A program made the position numbers and the translations under genes. DNA of 64,000 bases from Azolla caroliniana. Its lineage: Eukaryota; Plantae; Polypodiophyta. The stretch covers positions 20,894,001-20,958,000 of the forward strand of contig JBHGNT010000008.1 in the NCBI GenBank assembly GCA_043228905.1, in the 5' to 3' direction. The notes beneath the pieces were generated by a model, which searched no databases, was not told the origin of the DNA, and was given only the letters and a program-made list of their open reading frames with translations. Below are positions 61,983 through 64,000 of the stretch, in pieces (position 1 is the stretch's first letter; each line of letters starts with the position of its first letter).

Positions 61983-64000
61983 CTTGGCTACTATCTTCAT
62001 CCTATTGGGTCGATAAATCAACAAAAAGTAGAAAATAGAAGGAAAAACCAACAACGAAGTAACCTGATATAGATTGATAGAAGAACTATATCACAAATAG
62101 CCCCTCGTGGATCTCTTCTCTTCTGCAAAGCGCTCTCGCTCTCGCTCTCGTACTTAGGCTCTATGTCTTTTCATTTGTTATTTTGCTCTCTTTGTTCTAT
62201 GACGTCTCTGTGTATACCATTGTCTCTCTATGTGTTGCCTCTGTACTTAGAGTTATCTCTGTTTTCCCTCTTTCACTTGGTGTCTCAATCTCAGAGTTCT
62301 ATCCCTCATTTTTCAACGCTCTCTCTCTTTTCTTATATGTTGTTTTTTTATTCTCTGTTACGTTGTTTTGTGTTTACACCTCGTTCTTCAGCCTTGTAGA
62401 GTATCGTCTCTTTTCGTATTTGTATTCACACCTGAACATACAAAAAGACACACCAAAAACAACATAATAATAACATACATACATACTTGTCCACATGTAT
62501 ATATATCCCACATATACATGCATATGTATATATATATTTGTAAATAGGTATATGTTAATATAGTTATAACTAATTATATCCTCTCTCCTTTTTTCTTTTC
62601 ATCCCCAAGCCGAATCGGCACCCAACCTATTTGGCGCTTAGCCTGTAGGTGGCGGTCAACCGACTCTTGACATTCTGTCGATCCTTAGCCAGCTCTAAGT
62701 GGGCTCTTCGACCTCAGCCGACTCTTAGTCGGCTGTTTGGGCCTAGCTGACTCTCAATCAGCTCTTTGACCATAACCGATTGTGGGCTCCACTTGACTGG
62801 ATAGACCCAACAATTCCCCCCCTCCAACTCAAGTGGGGGCCACAAGTAGGTTTGTCTTCCAAACTTCAAGCTTCTCCAAAGCTTTCTATTTCTCCTTTAT
62901 GTAAGAACATCACATAATTATGTGAAGATCATGTTCATCTCATAGACCTGACCTGTTCCACCTCCGGTAGAGATGCTGAAACGTCATCTATCTAGTCACC
63001 TACAATTTGATGATCATGATCCTACCCATCATCATCATTAGCTACTTGATCAGCCATATCATCATACTCCTCCACATCTCCCTCGTGACCTTGGGTGTCT
63101 AGGGGTTGGAGTTGGACACTTGGTGATTGAGAAACAAAGGGTGAAATTTGGCATTTCATTTGGCTCCTCAGGAAATACCACATCCCTGTTTCTAATGACC
63201 TTCTTCTATAGGTCATATAGTGTATGGTTGGATTCCTCATAGCCATATCCCAGAAAATATGCATGGTTTACATTAGGATTGGATCTTTCATCTTTTAGAG
63301 GTGAACACGATCCCTACAACCGAACACTCTCAAGTGTTTGTATGACACCTCCTAATCAGTTCACACCCTCTCGGGTACATCATCATCCCAGAAAAAGATT
63401 GATGGAGACAGATTCATGAGGTCAACTATAGTCCTCATTGTTTCACTCCGAAAGTGTTTAGAAAATATTGAGTGTGATAGTATATATCTTATGCACTCAC
63501 AAATTGTCTTACTCATCCTCTCAGCCACACCATTGTGTTGAGGTGTTTTCAGAACACTCCTCCCAAGCCTAATACCATGCACACAACCATATTGCCAAAA
63601 TTGTCCCCCATGTTTAGCGCTATTATTCGCGCACGTACATTTCAGCTTGCATTAGGTAAAGGGAATTCCGTTTTAGACAATTTGCTAGGATTAGGGAATC
63701 GTTGGCGAGTTTCCATCGTCCTTCACCAAAGTAATTTTCATATCCCTCATCATCAAGCTTACCAATAGAGATGATGTTTAATGGAATATCTGGTACATGC
63801 CTTACATCCCTCAATACAAGTTTACTACCCCTAATGGAGACTAAGCCTACATCCCGTATGCCAACGGCCTCTGTCATACCGTGATTAGCCACTGGTATAT
63901 GACTCAAACATTTCCTGATACGAGGCTCGCGAGTTAATGACCCAATTAGTTTGTTGACATGCTAAACTATCACAAGAATCATCACAGACAATAATAACAT
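61983..64000 (-). mobile_element. Copia 3' LTR part (61983-62812), PPT and decayed, deleted pol
   Basis: LTR homologous to 5340-6170; ATTCCCCCCCTCC at 62813; TPQHNGVAERM and LRDVRHVPDI on minus. Confidence 0.85.

Overview
Plant nuclear DNA (most likely a non-seed land plant, inferred from a Tcn1-like chromovirus and a short loop-reduced GH19 chitinase), made almost entirely of nested transposons. One old LINE (about 6171-35720, in three pieces) is split by a hAT MITE and by Copia elements, which are in turn split by Gypsy elements (depth LINE>Copia>Gypsy>Copia, with matching TSDs). A second LINE remnant, a tandem duplication carrying a non-autonomous hAT element, one host gene (GH19 chitinase beside a 100-N gap) and more Copia/Gypsy elements follow. 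Two observations stand out. (1) A non-chromoviral Gypsy family has no polypurine tract. In two diverged copies its place is taken by a sense copy of the 3' end of the primer tRNA (…CCCAcAGGCGTGCCA), which is complementary to the family's own PBS and suggests non-canonical plus-strand priming. (2) A young, RT-less, scrambled chromovirus preserves an 11-nt self-primer fused to the complement of its U5 end, plus a -1 frameshift pseudoknot. All coordinates and counts were read by hand; no database searches were run.
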